Below, piece by piece: positions 1 to 8,978 of a DNA stretch of 64,000 nucleotides. The DNA is from an uncultured Gammaproteobacteria bacterium (GTDB lineage Bacteria; Patescibacteriota; Microgenomatia; Levybacterales; GWA1-39-11): the NCBI GenBank assembly GCA_964436385.1, contig CAYTCO010000003.1, positions 5,342 to 69,341 of the forward strand, read 5' to 3'. Position 1 is the stretch's first letter. The number at the start of each line of letters is the position of its first letter. The notes beneath the pieces are model-generated. The model worked only from the letters and a program-made list of their open reading frames with translations, had not been told where the DNA came from and did no database searches. Position numbers and translations under genes: made by a program.

Positions 1-1
1 G

Positions 2-835
2 GTCTGGGGTATAAATTTTGATGTTGCTGTTTTGACGAATATAACTAACGAGCACTTAGATTACCACAAAAGTTACGAAAATTACGTCGATACAAAGCTT
101 AAGCTATTTAAGAAATCCAAAATTGCAGTCTGCAATAGTAATGGTGTTTGGTTTGAGAAGGTAACACAAATTGTACCTATGGAAAAACTTTTTTCTTACT
201 CTTTGCATGGTGCCTCAGATTCTGATCTGACAGTTTTAAATTCCCCGTTTAAAATTAAAACTGCACTTATTGGCGATTTTAACTTAGAAAACATCTTAGC
301 AGCTAGTCTTGCCTGCATGAAGCTTGGGGTCGATAGCAAGACAATTGAGAGTGCAATTCAAAGCTTTGAAGCACCTATCGGTAGACAAGAAGTATTTTAT
401 GCAAAAAATAAGGCTCGTGTAATGGTAGATTTTGCTCATACCGCAAATTCTTTTGACGGTATATTGCCTGAGGTTAGAAAGACAACTAAAGGCAAAGTTA
501 TACACGTATTTGGAGCTGCAGGAGAAAGAGATCGCGGAAAAAGATCCGAGATGGGTAAAGTCGCCTCCTATTATGATGATCAAATAATCCTGACCGCTGA
601 AGATCCTAGGCGGGAGAGGGTTGCGGACATAAATAGTGAAATAATGAAGGGGATTTTAGATACTCAAAAAGTACATGAGATAGAGGATCGCGAAGAGGCT
701 ATACGTTACGCGATATCAATTGCACAACCGGATGACACAGTTATTATTACGGGCAAGGGGCACGAAAGATCTATGAACATGGGAAATGGAGAAGTGGATT
801 GGAGTGATCAAGCAGCAGTTAAAAGATATATATGA
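2..835 (+). CDS. Mur ligase family protein (MurE/MurF-type), C-terminal part; 5' end lies upstream of the window
   Basis: The frame is open from position 2. GINFDVAVLTNITNEHLDYH matches the Mur-ligase TNIxxDHLDxH motif, and VFGAAGERDRGKR...TAEDPRRE matches the MurE/MurF C-terminal domain. It sits at the head of a dcw cluster. Confidence 0.6.
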   Translation, partial: VWGINFDVAVLTNITNEHLDYHKSYENYVDTKLKLFKKSKIAVCNSNGVWFEKVTQIVPMEKLFSYSLHGASDSDLTVLNSPFKIKTALIGDFNLENILAASLACMKLGVDSKTIESAIQSFEAPIGRQEVFYAKNKARVMVDFAHTANSFDGILPEVRKTTKGKVIHVFGAAGERDRGKRSEMGKVASYYDDQIILTAEDPRRERVADINSEIMKGILDTQKVHEIEDREEAIRYAISIAQPDDTVIITGKGHERSMNMGNGEVDWSDQAAVKRYI

Positions 836-2301
836 GTTACAAGCCAATGATATTGCCTGAAGTAAGTAATGTTAAGAAAATCTTTTTCGTTGGCATTAAG
901 GGAGTGGGTGTTGCCCCTTTGGCGATAATTGCCAGCGAAGCGGGTCTTGAAGTAGCAGGGTCTGATGTAGAGGCTGAATTTATAACCGATAATTACTTGA
1001 GGAAGAAAGGAATTGAAATAAGTGTAAATTTTGAAATCGAGTCCGTATCAGGCTTTTTTAGCTCAACGGATAAAAAAAATTGCTTATTAGTCACAACAGG
1101 TGCACACAAGGGTTTTGATAATCCTCAGTCAGCGTGGGCAAAGGCTAACGGAATTCCAGTCGTATCTCAAGGACAGGCCTTATCATTATTTATGGAGGGA
1201 GACATATTTGACCGATCATTCAAAAGCATAGCTGTTGCAGCATCTCACGGTAAAACAACGATTGCTTCTCTTCTTGCAACGACTCTAAAGGGATATGGCA
1301 ATGACCCCACTTACGTTGTTGGGACAGGTGAGGTTTTCCCGCTTGGATCCCCTGGCCATTATGGTCAAGGTGAATATTTTGTAGCTGAGGCCGATGAATA
1401 CTCTTCAGAGCCTGTTTATGATAGGATTCCTAAATTTTTATACATCAACCCATTCCACGCAATTTTTAACAACATTGATTTTGATCATCCTGATCAGTTC
1501 GATTCCATTGACGATGTTAAAAAAGCATTTTTACAATTTGCACAAAATATAAAAAGCGGTGGAAAGCTCTTGGTAAATAATGATGACAAGTTTCTTGCTC
1601 AATTTAAGGATAAAATTGAAAAAGACATTAAAGTTATTACTTATGGTGAAAATGGGGAACCCAATTACAAAATAAATAAAATAGTGCCTATTGGTCTATC
1701 GAGTCGTTTTAATGTTCTTAAAAATGGCGTTGAATATGGTCATTTCGAGCTTTCAATCCCAGGTGCACATAACGCAAAAAATGCTTTGGCCGTTATTGCT
1801 CTTCTTTCCGAGCTTGGGTTTGAGCCTGAAAAGATCAGAATTTGCCTTAGGGAATTTAAAGGTACAAAAAGACGAAGTGAATTAGTTGGCGAAATGAATA
1901 ATGGCGCGATTGTTTTTGACGATTATGCCCATCATCCTCATGAAATAAAAACAACAATAAATTCAATTAAAGAGGCATATCCCGGAAAGAATCTTATATG
2001 CATTTTCCAACCCCATACTTTTTCAAGAACAAAAGCACTCTTGACTGATTTTTCCTCCTCTTTCGAGGAAGCCAAAAAGACAATCCTTCTTCCAATTTTT
2101 AGATCGGCAAGAGATACTGAGAAGGATACAATTTCTAAAGAAGAATACGAAGATGGTTTTAAGGGAAAAGACGTAATTTTTCTTGAAAATTTTTCTGATG
2201 TGGTAGAATACGTAGGGCAAAACTTCGCCTCAAAGGACAATATTATTGTTACTTTTGGAGCTGGAGATGTATACAAGATAGCGGAAAAATTAATCGTATG
2301 A
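832..2301 (+). CDS. murC: UDP-N-acetylmuramate--L-alanine ligase
   Basis: The N-terminus IFFVGIKGVGVAPLAIIASEAGLEVAGSD is the MurC Rossmann-like signature. The protein is 489 aa, carries a Mur ligase P-loop (AASHGKTT), has a 4-bp overlap with the upstream gene, and lies in a dcw context. Confidence 0.85.
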   Translation: MSYKPMILPEVSNVKKIFFVGIKGVGVAPLAIIASEAGLEVAGSDVEAEFITDNYLRKKGIEISVNFEIESVSGFFSSTDKKNCLLVTTGAHKGFDNPQSAWAKANGIPVVSQGQALSLFMEGDIFDRSFKSIAVAASHGKTTIASLLATTLKGYGNDPTYVVGTGEVFPLGSPGHYGQGEYFVAEADEYSSEPVYDRIPKFLYINPFHAIFNNIDFDHPDQFDSIDDVKKAFLQFAQNIKSGGKLLVNNDDKFLAQFKDKIEKDIKVITYGENGEPNYKINKIVPIGLSSRFNVLKNGVEYGHFELSIPGAHNAKNALAVIALLSELGFEPEKIRICLREFKGTKRRSELVGEMNNGAIVFDDYAHHPHEIKTTINSIKEAYPGKNLICIFQPHTFSRTKALLTDFSSSFEEAKKTILLPIFRSARDTEKDTISKEEYEDGFKGKDVIFLENFSDVVEYVGQNFASKDNIIVTFGAGDVYKIAEKLIV

Positions 2302-3626
2302 GTAGAAAATATATCATTTCAGGGGGCGCAATGTTAAACGGAACCATTAGAATATCCGGGTCTAAAAACGTGGTTACGAAGGCAGTGATCGCAGCCTGCT
2401 TAACTAATGAACCAGTTACGCTTAAAAATGTTTCTGAGATATCTGACAATCAGGCGCTTTTAGAAATAATTGAGTCAATTGGAGGAACTGTTGAGCGGGG
2501 AGATGGCCAGGTTACGATAACTGTAGGTGACATAACAAATCATGAACTGTCTCTAGAAGAGGGTGCAAGGGTAAGAACCTCATCGATGTTTTTAGCGCCA
2601 TTGCTTTTACGTGTTAAGAAGGCAATTGTTCCAAATCCGGAAGGTTGTAGATTGGGTGCCCGTTCTATAGAAAGACATATCGAGGGACTCGAGATGATGG
2701 GGGCAAAAATAGAGTACAGGTCGGAGGACGGTTATTACCATGCATCAACTGAGGGTTTAGTTGGTACAACTTATCGTTTTGACAAGAACACTCATACCGG
2801 TACAGAGACTCTTATCATGGCAGCAACCCTAGCAAAAGGCACTACAACTATTGAAAATGCCGCTGAAGAGCACGAGATTGATGATTTAATCAAGCTCTTA
2901 AATAGCATGGGAGCAAAGATTCAAAGAGTTGAAAATCGAAAAATTGTAATCGAAGGTGTTGAAAAATTACATGGTACGACGTATGAGATAGTTTCAGACG
3001 CAAATGAATTTGTGACTTTTGCAATACTCTCAGTTCTTTCCGGTGGAAATATCACACTAACAAATGCCCCCCTTGATAATGTCGGTATTTTCCTTGAAGA
3101 ACTTAAAAAATGCGGCGTTGATTTTGAAAAGAAAGATGATGGTATTAGGTTCTTTGCACCTGATGGGATAAAACCTTCTGACGTCGTAACTGCATGTGAG
3201 CCTGGATTTAAAACCGACTGGCAGGGTCCCTGGGCTATTCTTATGACGCAGGCAGAAGGTGTGTCGACAATACATGAATCAATTTATGAGAACAGATTTG
3301 GTTATGTACCGGAACTTAAGAAAATGGGTGCAAAGATAGAGTCTTACGATCCGCAAGTGGATAATCCTAAGGACTTTTACAATTTCAATTACGACCCAAA
3401 TTCTAGTTATAGGCAGGCAATAAGAATTACCGGCCCTCAAAAACTTCATAATGCAATCCTTAAGATAACTGACCTTAGGGCAGGTGCAACACTCGTAATA
3501 GGGGCATTGCTTGCAGATGGGGAAAGTGTACTATTTGGAATAGAGCATATTGAACGAGGTTATGAGAAACTATTACGTCGTCTTCAGGATGTTGGCGCTA
3601 AAATGGAAGAAGCAGAGGAGGATTAA
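2298..3626 (+). CDS. murA: UDP-N-acetylglucosamine 1-carboxyvinyltransferase
   Basis: GTIRISGSKNVVTKAVIAACLT matches the MurA/EPSP-synthase-fold N-terminus. The protein is 442 aa and overlaps murC by 4 bp. Confidence 0.85.
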   Translation: MSRKYIISGGAMLNGTIRISGSKNVVTKAVIAACLTNEPVTLKNVSEISDNQALLEIIESIGGTVERGDGQVTITVGDITNHELSLEEGARVRTSSMFLAPLLLRVKKAIVPNPEGCRLGARSIERHIEGLEMMGAKIEYRSEDGYYHASTEGLVGTTYRFDKNTHTGTETLIMAATLAKGTTTIENAAEEHEIDDLIKLLNSMGAKIQRVENRKIVIEGVEKLHGTTYEIVSDANEFVTFAILSVLSGGNITLTNAPLDNVGIFLEELKKCGVDFEKKDDGIRFFAPDGIKPSDVVTACEPGFKTDWQGPWAILMTQAEGVSTIHESIYENRFGYVPELKKMGAKIESYDPQVDNPKDFYNFNYDPNSSYRQAIRITGPQKLHNAILKITDLRAGATLVIGALLADGESVLFGIEHIERGYEKLLRRLQDVGAKMEEAEED

Positions 3627-3627
3627 T

Positions 3628-4362
3628 TTGAATAATGTAACTGCAATTATATTAGCAGCTGGTCGTGGTACGCGTATGCAGTCTACGGACACGAATAAGG
3701 TTGCAATGAAAGTTCATGGTGAGCCCTTACTCTCAAGGTCTATTCGAATATTAAGAAGTAGTGGGATTTCAAGTATCGTTGTGGTTGTTGGTTTTGCAAA
3801 GGATTCAGTCATTGCGCTTCTTGATCAAGATATTCTGGTTGCAGAACAAAAAGAGCAACTTGGTACAGGGCATGCTGTGTCATGTGCGATTCCATTCGTT
3901 CCCGACACGAGTCATCATTTGTTAATCATGAATGGTGACGACTCATACCTTTATACACCCGAAATATTTCAGTCTTTTTATGACACTCATGTATCTAGAG
4001 GGGCTAAAATAACTCTTATAACAATGGATTCAGATAATCCTACAGGTTTTGGAAGAATTGTTAGAGACAAAAATCAGGAAATTGTCGGAATTGTTGAGGA
4101 AAAGAACGCAACCGATGAGCAAAAAGAAATTCAAGAAATAAATCTCGGATGTTACATAATCGACAAGAAATATTTAGAAGAGAATATAAAAGACATAAAG
4201 AAAAACGTAGTATCGGGCGAATTTTATATAACAGACATAATAGATATAATTTCTCACCATCATGGAAAAATTGCCGGATACAAACTTACACACGGTAGGT
4301 GGCAGGGTGTGAATACAAGGGAAGATTTAGAGGAAGCAGAAAATATTCTATCCAATGAATAA
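3628..4362 (+). CDS. Sugar-1-phosphate nucleotidyltransferase (GlmU N-terminal uridyltransferase-like)
   Basis: A TTG start at 3628 lies 7 nt after a GGAGGA RBS and gives MNNVTAIILAAGRGTRM, the canonical nucleotidyltransferase G-rich loop. The ORF track extends to 3550 but would then overlap murA. The protein is about 245 aa. Confidence 0.6.
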   Translation: MNNVTAIILAAGRGTRMQSTDTNKVAMKVHGEPLLSRSIRILRSSGISSIVVVVGFAKDSVIALLDQDILVAEQKEQLGTGHAVSCAIPFVPDTSHHLLIMNGDDSYLYTPEIFQSFYDTHVSRGAKITLITMDSDNPTGFGRIVRDKNQEIVGIVEEKNATDEQKEIQEINLGCYIIDKKYLEENIKDIKKNVVSGEFYITDIIDIISHHHGKIAGYKLTHGRWQGVNTREDLEEAENILSNE

Positions 4363-4993
4363 CGACTTCAACTATAAGAATTTTTTTAGCACCCCTGGAA
4401 TTTTGGAGTCTTTTCTAAGCAATTACAATACTCCTTGGGAAGCTCTATTTGATCTTAAAACTTTCATTGGGGAATTCAAAAAAAATGCCCATAGCTTGGG
4501 CTTTTCCGAAATTAAAGAAGATGTATTTGTCGGTCGAAACGTTACGATTGATGATACTGCAAGGATAAAAGACCATGCTATTATCGGCCATAATTCAATA
4601 ATTGGGCACGCTGCCTTTATAAGGGGGGGAAATGTCATTTGCGACGACGTAAATGTTGGTCACGCAACAGAGGTAAAACACTCAATTATTCTCTCAGGTA
4701 CCGCGCTTGCTCATCTGAATTATGTTGGGGATAGTATTATCGGAAGCGGTTGCAATATTTCAGGAGGTGCAACTCTTGCAAACTGGAGATTTGATAGAAA
4801 GCCTGTCACTATTAGAAAAGGTGATGAAAGAATATCAACTGGAAATGAAAAATTCGGAGGAATTGTAGGGGACGGATGCTTTGTGGGCGTGAGTGCTGTT
4901 CTTAACCCTGGGACTGTTCTTGGAAAAGAGTGTCTTGTTTTTCCTCTTGTCTCCGTTTCGGGCACACATCCTGCTTCATCAAAAATTAAATAA
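4355..4993 (+). CDS. Left-handed beta-helix (hexapeptide-repeat) acetyltransferase (GlmU C-terminal domain-like)
   Basis: It contains tandem hexapeptide repeats (HAIIGHNSIIGHAAFIRGGNVICDDVNVGHATEV...IGSGCNISGGATL). It overlaps the preceding nucleotidyltransferase gene by 8 bp in a different frame. Confidence 0.6.
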   Translation: MNNDFNYKNFFSTPGILESFLSNYNTPWEALFDLKTFIGEFKKNAHSLGFSEIKEDVFVGRNVTIDDTARIKDHAIIGHNSIIGHAAFIRGGNVICDDVNVGHATEVKHSIILSGTALAHLNYVGDSIIGSGCNISGGATLANWRFDRKPVTIRKGDERISTGNEKFGGIVGDGCFVGVSAVLNPGTVLGKECLVFPLVSVSGTHPASSKIK

Positions 4994-5073
4994 TTGTTTG
5001 TTAGGCAAGTTTAGTTGTAAAATATAGTCTCGATGGGTTAAAATCCAACGTTGAACTGATAAACTAATTTTTT

Positions 5074-6081
5074 ATGGACAAAGTTTTTGGATTCGCGATT
5101 CTTTCACTTTTTATAACCTCAATTCTTATTGTTCCTTTTATAGACTTTCTCTATAAAATGAAACTTCAAAGGCAGAAGCAAAAGACGAGAGACATCTTTA
5201 ACAATAGAACTTATGTCTTTGATAAGCTTCACGAATGGAAAGTAGGAACTCCAATCGGAGGAGGAATTTTAATTATTTTTGTTGTTACAATCTTAACTCT
5301 TTGGGCATATGGTCTTTTTAGAGTTGACGTAAAGTTGTGGGAAATAAGCGTTCTTCTGTTTGCTTTTATAGGATTTGGGGCTCTTGGATTTTACGACGAT
5401 TTAAAAAAGATTTTAAATGCAGAAAGAACGGGTTTTTTCGGGTTAAGATTTTTGCACAAATTTGCTATTCAATGGGTTCTGGCTATAGTAATCGGTTGGG
5501 TACTTTTTATGAACGGTCATACTTTTGTTCATATTCCGGCCTTTGGAGTAGTATTTTTGGGTCCATTATATATCCTTTTTGCAGCATTTGTCATAGTGAG
5601 CTTTACAAACGCTTTCAATATCACAGATGGTCTTGATGGTCTTTCTTGTGGAGTTCTAATCATATGCTTGAGTGCTTTCTTGGTTATTTCAAGCGCTTTA
5701 CTAAATGAGTTTTTGGCTATCTTCATAGCCATTCTTCTTGGTGCTGTTGGTGCATTTCTTTACTTTAATATTTACAAGGCAAGGCTATGGCTTGGAGACG
5801 TTGGCTCACTTTCGTTAGGAGCGGTCCTTGCTGTTATTGGTCTTCTAACAGGAAAGGAGATTGCTGTGACAATTATTGGAGGGGTTTATGTAGTTGAGGT
5901 AGGTTCATCATTGATCCAAATACTTTCTAAAAAGTTCTTAAAAAGAAAGGCATTTCCTATTGCACCGCTGCATCTTTATTTCCTGAAAAAAGGTTGGGAA
6001 GAACCTAAAATAGTAATGAGAGGCTGGCTTATGGGATTCGCATTTGCACTTATTGGTCTCTACCTTGCATTTATCCAATAA
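5074..6081 (+). CDS. mraY: Phospho-N-acetylmuramoyl-pentapeptide transferase
   Basis: It has the NAFNITDGLDGL motif and about 10 TM segments in 335 aa. Confidence 0.85.
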   Translation: MDKVFGFAILSLFITSILIVPFIDFLYKMKLQRQKQKTRDIFNNRTYVFDKLHEWKVGTPIGGGILIIFVVTILTLWAYGLFRVDVKLWEISVLLFAFIGFGALGFYDDLKKILNAERTGFFGLRFLHKFAIQWVLAIVIGWVLFMNGHTFVHIPAFGVVFLGPLYILFAAFVIVSFTNAFNITDGLDGLSCGVLIICLSAFLVISSALLNEFLAIFIAILLGAVGAFLYFNIYKARLWLGDVGSLSLGAVLAVIGLLTGKEIAVTIIGGVYVVEVGSSLIQILSKKFLKRKAFPIAPLHLYFLKKGWEEPKIVMRGWLMGFAFALIGLYLAFIQ

Positions 6082-7221
6082 ATGAACAAGCTCGCCCTGT
6101 CCCTTCTTTGTGTCATCTTTATACTAACCACCCTTGGTTTGTTTATTCTCTATGAAAGTTCTTCATACACAGCTCAGTTGGAATTAAAAGACAAGTATTA
6201 TTTCATAAAAAATCAAAGTGTTTGGATATTTTTGGGAATTGCAGCTGCATTTTTTATGTCTAGATTTAAAGAATCTGTCCTTTACAATTTGTCATTGCCA
6301 TTACTTCTTGGGACGCTTGGACTACTAGTATTGGTTTTTTTCCCAGGAATAGGACTCGAATTGAATGGATCAAATAGATGGATCAACTTAGGTGTTTCGG
6401 TTTTTCAACCATCAGAGTTTCTTAAAATTTCACTTTCTTTGTATCTTGCATCGTGGTTGTCAGTAAAGGAAAAGGGAAGGCTTATGGCCTTTTTGATTTT
6501 GCTTGGAGTTGCAAGCGGACTCGTGCTATTACAGCCAGATCTTAAGACATCATTTATCATAGCTGCGACATCTTTTATCGTTTATTATGTATCGGGTGCA
6601 TCCATGAAAGAAGTTGCTCCGGTTCTTATTGTCGGTCTTATACTAATAATTCTTGTTGCAGGAGCCTCTCCCTATCGGTTAAAACGACTTACTGCGTTTC
6701 AGAATTTTGATGTTGAAAATCTAAGTACAACCTCATATCACACAAAGCAAATCGTGATAGGGCTTGGGAGTGGCGGGTTAACTGGTGTCGGTTTTGGAAA
6801 CTCTATTCAAAAATATAGTTATCTTCCGGAACATACGACAGACTCTATATTTGCTGTTTTTGCTGAGGAAGCAGGATATATTGGAAGCATAATATTAATT
6901 TCTCTATACATAGCGTTAAGTGCAATTGGTATTCTAATTGCGGTTAATGCAAAAACACAATTTGGTAAGTTATTGGCGTCAGGCATTACGGTTTTTCTTA
7001 CAATCCAGACTTTGATAAATTTAGCCTCACAAGCGATTGTGATTCCGCTTACAGGTGTGCCTTTGCCTTTTATTTCTTATGGTGGAAGCTCAATGCTTAT
7101 TAATTATGCAGCTATTGGTCTTTTGTTTAATATTGCACTTGATAAGCGACCAAGCCAAAGAAAAGGAAGCGCATTGGGTCGCATGAGGCAGAGAACGTTT
7201 GGGAGGTTACGGCGGTCATGA
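6082..7221 (+). CDS. ftsW: SEDS-family peptidoglycan glycosyltransferase (FtsW)
   Basis: It has the GVPLPFISYGGSS motif and is polytopic. It sits between mraY and murG. Confidence 0.7.
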   Translation: MNKLALSLLCVIFILTTLGLFILYESSSYTAQLELKDKYYFIKNQSVWIFLGIAAAFFMSRFKESVLYNLSLPLLLGTLGLLVLVFFPGIGLELNGSNRWINLGVSVFQPSEFLKISLSLYLASWLSVKEKGRLMAFLILLGVASGLVLLQPDLKTSFIIAATSFIVYYVSGASMKEVAPVLIVGLILIILVAGASPYRLKRLTAFQNFDVENLSTTSYHTKQIVIGLGSGGLTGVGFGNSIQKYSYLPEHTTDSIFAVFAEEAGYIGSIILISLYIALSAIGILIAVNAKTQFGKLLASGITVFLTIQTLINLASQAIVIPLTGVPLPFISYGGSSMLINYAAIGLLFNIALDKRPSQRKGSALGRMRQRTFGRLRRS

Positions 7222-8324
7222 AAATCATAATAACAGGCGGTCATTTTAGCCCCGCATACTCTATCATTCAAAAGCTCAAGACGGAGCACGAAATTCTTGT
7301 TATTGGTAGAAAGCACGCATTTGAGGGGGATGACAGTCAAACATACGAATATAAGCTGTGCCAAAAGCTAGATATTCCCTTTAGAATTCTGACAACAGGA
7401 CGCTTGCAAAGAAAGTTTTCTTCAAGAACTATACCTTCTTTTGCAAAGTTTCCGGCAGGAGTCTATCAGGCTTTGAGGATTTTAAAATCCGAAAAGCCTG
7501 ACGTTGTTGTAACTTTTGGAGGGTACGTTGGGCTTCCGGTTGCTATGGCTTCAAAAATTCTTGGAATTCCAGTTGTTTTGCATGAACAAACCCAAAAAGC
7601 AGGACTTTCTGCTCGCCTTATCTCAAAAGTGGCAGATGTAATACTAATATCATTTGAGTCTTCAAGGAATTATTTCAACAGTAAGAAGACGGTTCTAACT
7701 GGAAATCCGATAAGACCTGAATTTTTTGAAAAGAATTCTTCTATTAAGGTTAAAAAGCCTGCAATCTATATCACTGGGGGAAGCACCGGTTCACACTTCA
7801 TAAACGATGTTGTCTCAAAAATTAGACAAGATTTGACAAAGGACTTTCATGTATATCATCAAACAGGAAATGCCAAGGAGTTTGGTGATTTTGAAAAGCT
7901 TGTTAAGGTTGCTGACGACAAATATGAAGTCTCTGAGTTTTACTCTCCGCAGGATGTTTATACACTTCTTTCTGAATGTGACTTGGTAATTTCAAGATCT
8001 GGAATTAATACCATTACTGAACTTTTACTCTGCAATACTACGGCGCTTCTAATACCCCTTCCCTTTGGACAACAAAATGAGCAGAAGGATAATGCAAAGT
8101 TCTTCTCTCAACTTGGAATGGGTGAATATATGGACCAAGATGACGTATCTCCTTTGAGCCTACTTTTGAAAATCCGTGCTATGATAAAAGATAAAGACGT
8201 CTACAGAAAGAATGCAAAAAATGCAGAAAAGTACGTCATTTCTGATGCTTCTGAAAGAATTGTCGAGCAGATACTGATGTATGGAGGAAGAGGTAAAAAA
8301 GGAAACGAAAGTAAACCGCTTTAA
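7218..8324 (+). CDS. murG: Undecaprenyl-PP-MurNAc-pentapeptide-UDP-GlcNAc GlcNAc transferase
   Basis: The N-terminus MKIIITGGHFSPAYSI is the GT28 signature. The protein is 368 aa and has a 4-bp overlap with ftsW. Confidence 0.8.
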   Translation: MKIIITGGHFSPAYSIIQKLKTEHEILVIGRKHAFEGDDSQTYEYKLCQKLDIPFRILTTGRLQRKFSSRTIPSFAKFPAGVYQALRILKSEKPDVVVTFGGYVGLPVAMASKILGIPVVLHEQTQKAGLSARLISKVADVILISFESSRNYFNSKKTVLTGNPIRPEFFEKNSSIKVKKPAIYITGGSTGSHFINDVVSKIRQDLTKDFHVYHQTGNAKEFGDFEKLVKVADDKYEVSEFYSPQDVYTLLSECDLVISRSGINTITELLLCNTTALLIPLPFGQQNEQKDNAKFFSQLGMGEYMDQDDVSPLSLLLKIRAMIKDKDVYRKNAKNAEKYVISDASERIVEQILMYGGRGKKGNESKPL

Positions 8325-8793
8325 CAAGCGAGTGTCTTTGTTTCGAAGACGAAAAAAGCCAAAGATCAGAACAACGGTCAAAGCCCATACGCACAGAAAT
8401 TACACCCGTTTGATAATAAATATATCTTTAGTGTTGCTTGGAATATTTATACTTGTTGTTTTGTTATTTATACTAAGGCAAGTCGTTTTGCCTAATTTTG
8501 TAGGGCATGATGATGTTATTTTAAATCCCCAAGGTAGTGTTCCTCCTGACAATAATCAGGTAAAAAATATCATTCTAAATACCGGGCTTGTCGTTGATAA
8601 TGTAGAATTTGCTTCAAATTCGGCAGTCGTTACATTTACTCTAAATAAGGTGACGAGAGTAATGTTGTCACTTGAAAAAGACATTGCAGGGCAGATGGAT
8701 ATTGTTGAGGCTGTCGATCAGCAGATAATTGAAGATGGCAAACAAGCAATATATATAGATTTGAGGTACAATAAACCTGTTGTCAAATTTTAG
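8281..8793 (+). CDS. Single-pass membrane protein, possible FtsQ/DivIB-like division protein
   Basis: It has a basic N-terminus, one TM helix (LIINISLVLLGIFILVVLLFIL) and a roughly 100-aa extracytoplasmic domain. The call rests mainly on its position between murG and ftsA; no POTRA motif was recognised by eye. Confidence 0.3.
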   Translation: MEEEVKKETKVNRFNKRVSLFRRRKKPKIRTTVKAHTHRNYTRLIINISLVLLGIFILVVLLFILRQVVLPNFVGHDDVILNPQGSVPPDNNQVKNIILNTGLVVDNVEFASNSAVVTFTLNKVTRVMLSLEKDIAGQMDIVEAVDQQIIEDGKQAIYIDLRYNKPVVKF

Positions 8794-8848
8794 TTTCAGG
8801 TTTTGGCTAGACACCATAAACCTGTTGTCAAATTTTGACAACAGGTTT
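8768..8848. repeat. 24-bp direct repeat, the second copy embedded in a perfect palindrome (15-bp arms, 1-nt centre)
   Basis: ACAATAAACCTGTTGTCAAATTTTA at 8768-8792 (3' end of the ftsQ-like ORF) is repeated at 8813-8837. AAACCTGTTGTCAAA-T-TTTGACAACAGGTTT at 8818-8848 is a perfect inverted repeat. Confidence 0.55.
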
Positions 8849-8867
8849 CATCCCTTTGGGATGTAAA

Positions 8868-8938
8868 CCAGTCGTAAAGTTTTAAAAGTAACCATTAGGC
8901 TTTGTCCTATCGGCTATAAGCCACTGGTTAAGTTTTGA
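8868..8938. promoter_or_regulatory. Two copies of a roughly 18-bp motif CCAsTsGTwAAGTTTTrA upstream of ftsA
   Basis: CCAGTCGTAAAGTTTTAA at 8868-8885 and CCACTGGTTAAGTTTTGA at 8921-8938 lie in the 185-bp ftsQ-like/ftsA intergenic region. They are a candidate regulator-binding site pair. Confidence 0.3.
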
Positions 8939-8978
8939 TATTGTAAATTTATAACACTTTTACTAAACTAGTTTAAAT

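Noticed and set aside
296-583. Antisense or out-of-frame small ORFs inside confidently called genes. Examples are 296-583(-), 1691-1885(+), 1938-2276(-), 3057-3275(-), 4423-4638(-), 4720-4965(-), 5337-5636(+) and 9185-9445(-).
   Set aside because: They are fully embedded in longer ORFs that have strong family signatures. They are low-complexity translations typical of AT-rich antisense frames, with no independent start or RBS context.
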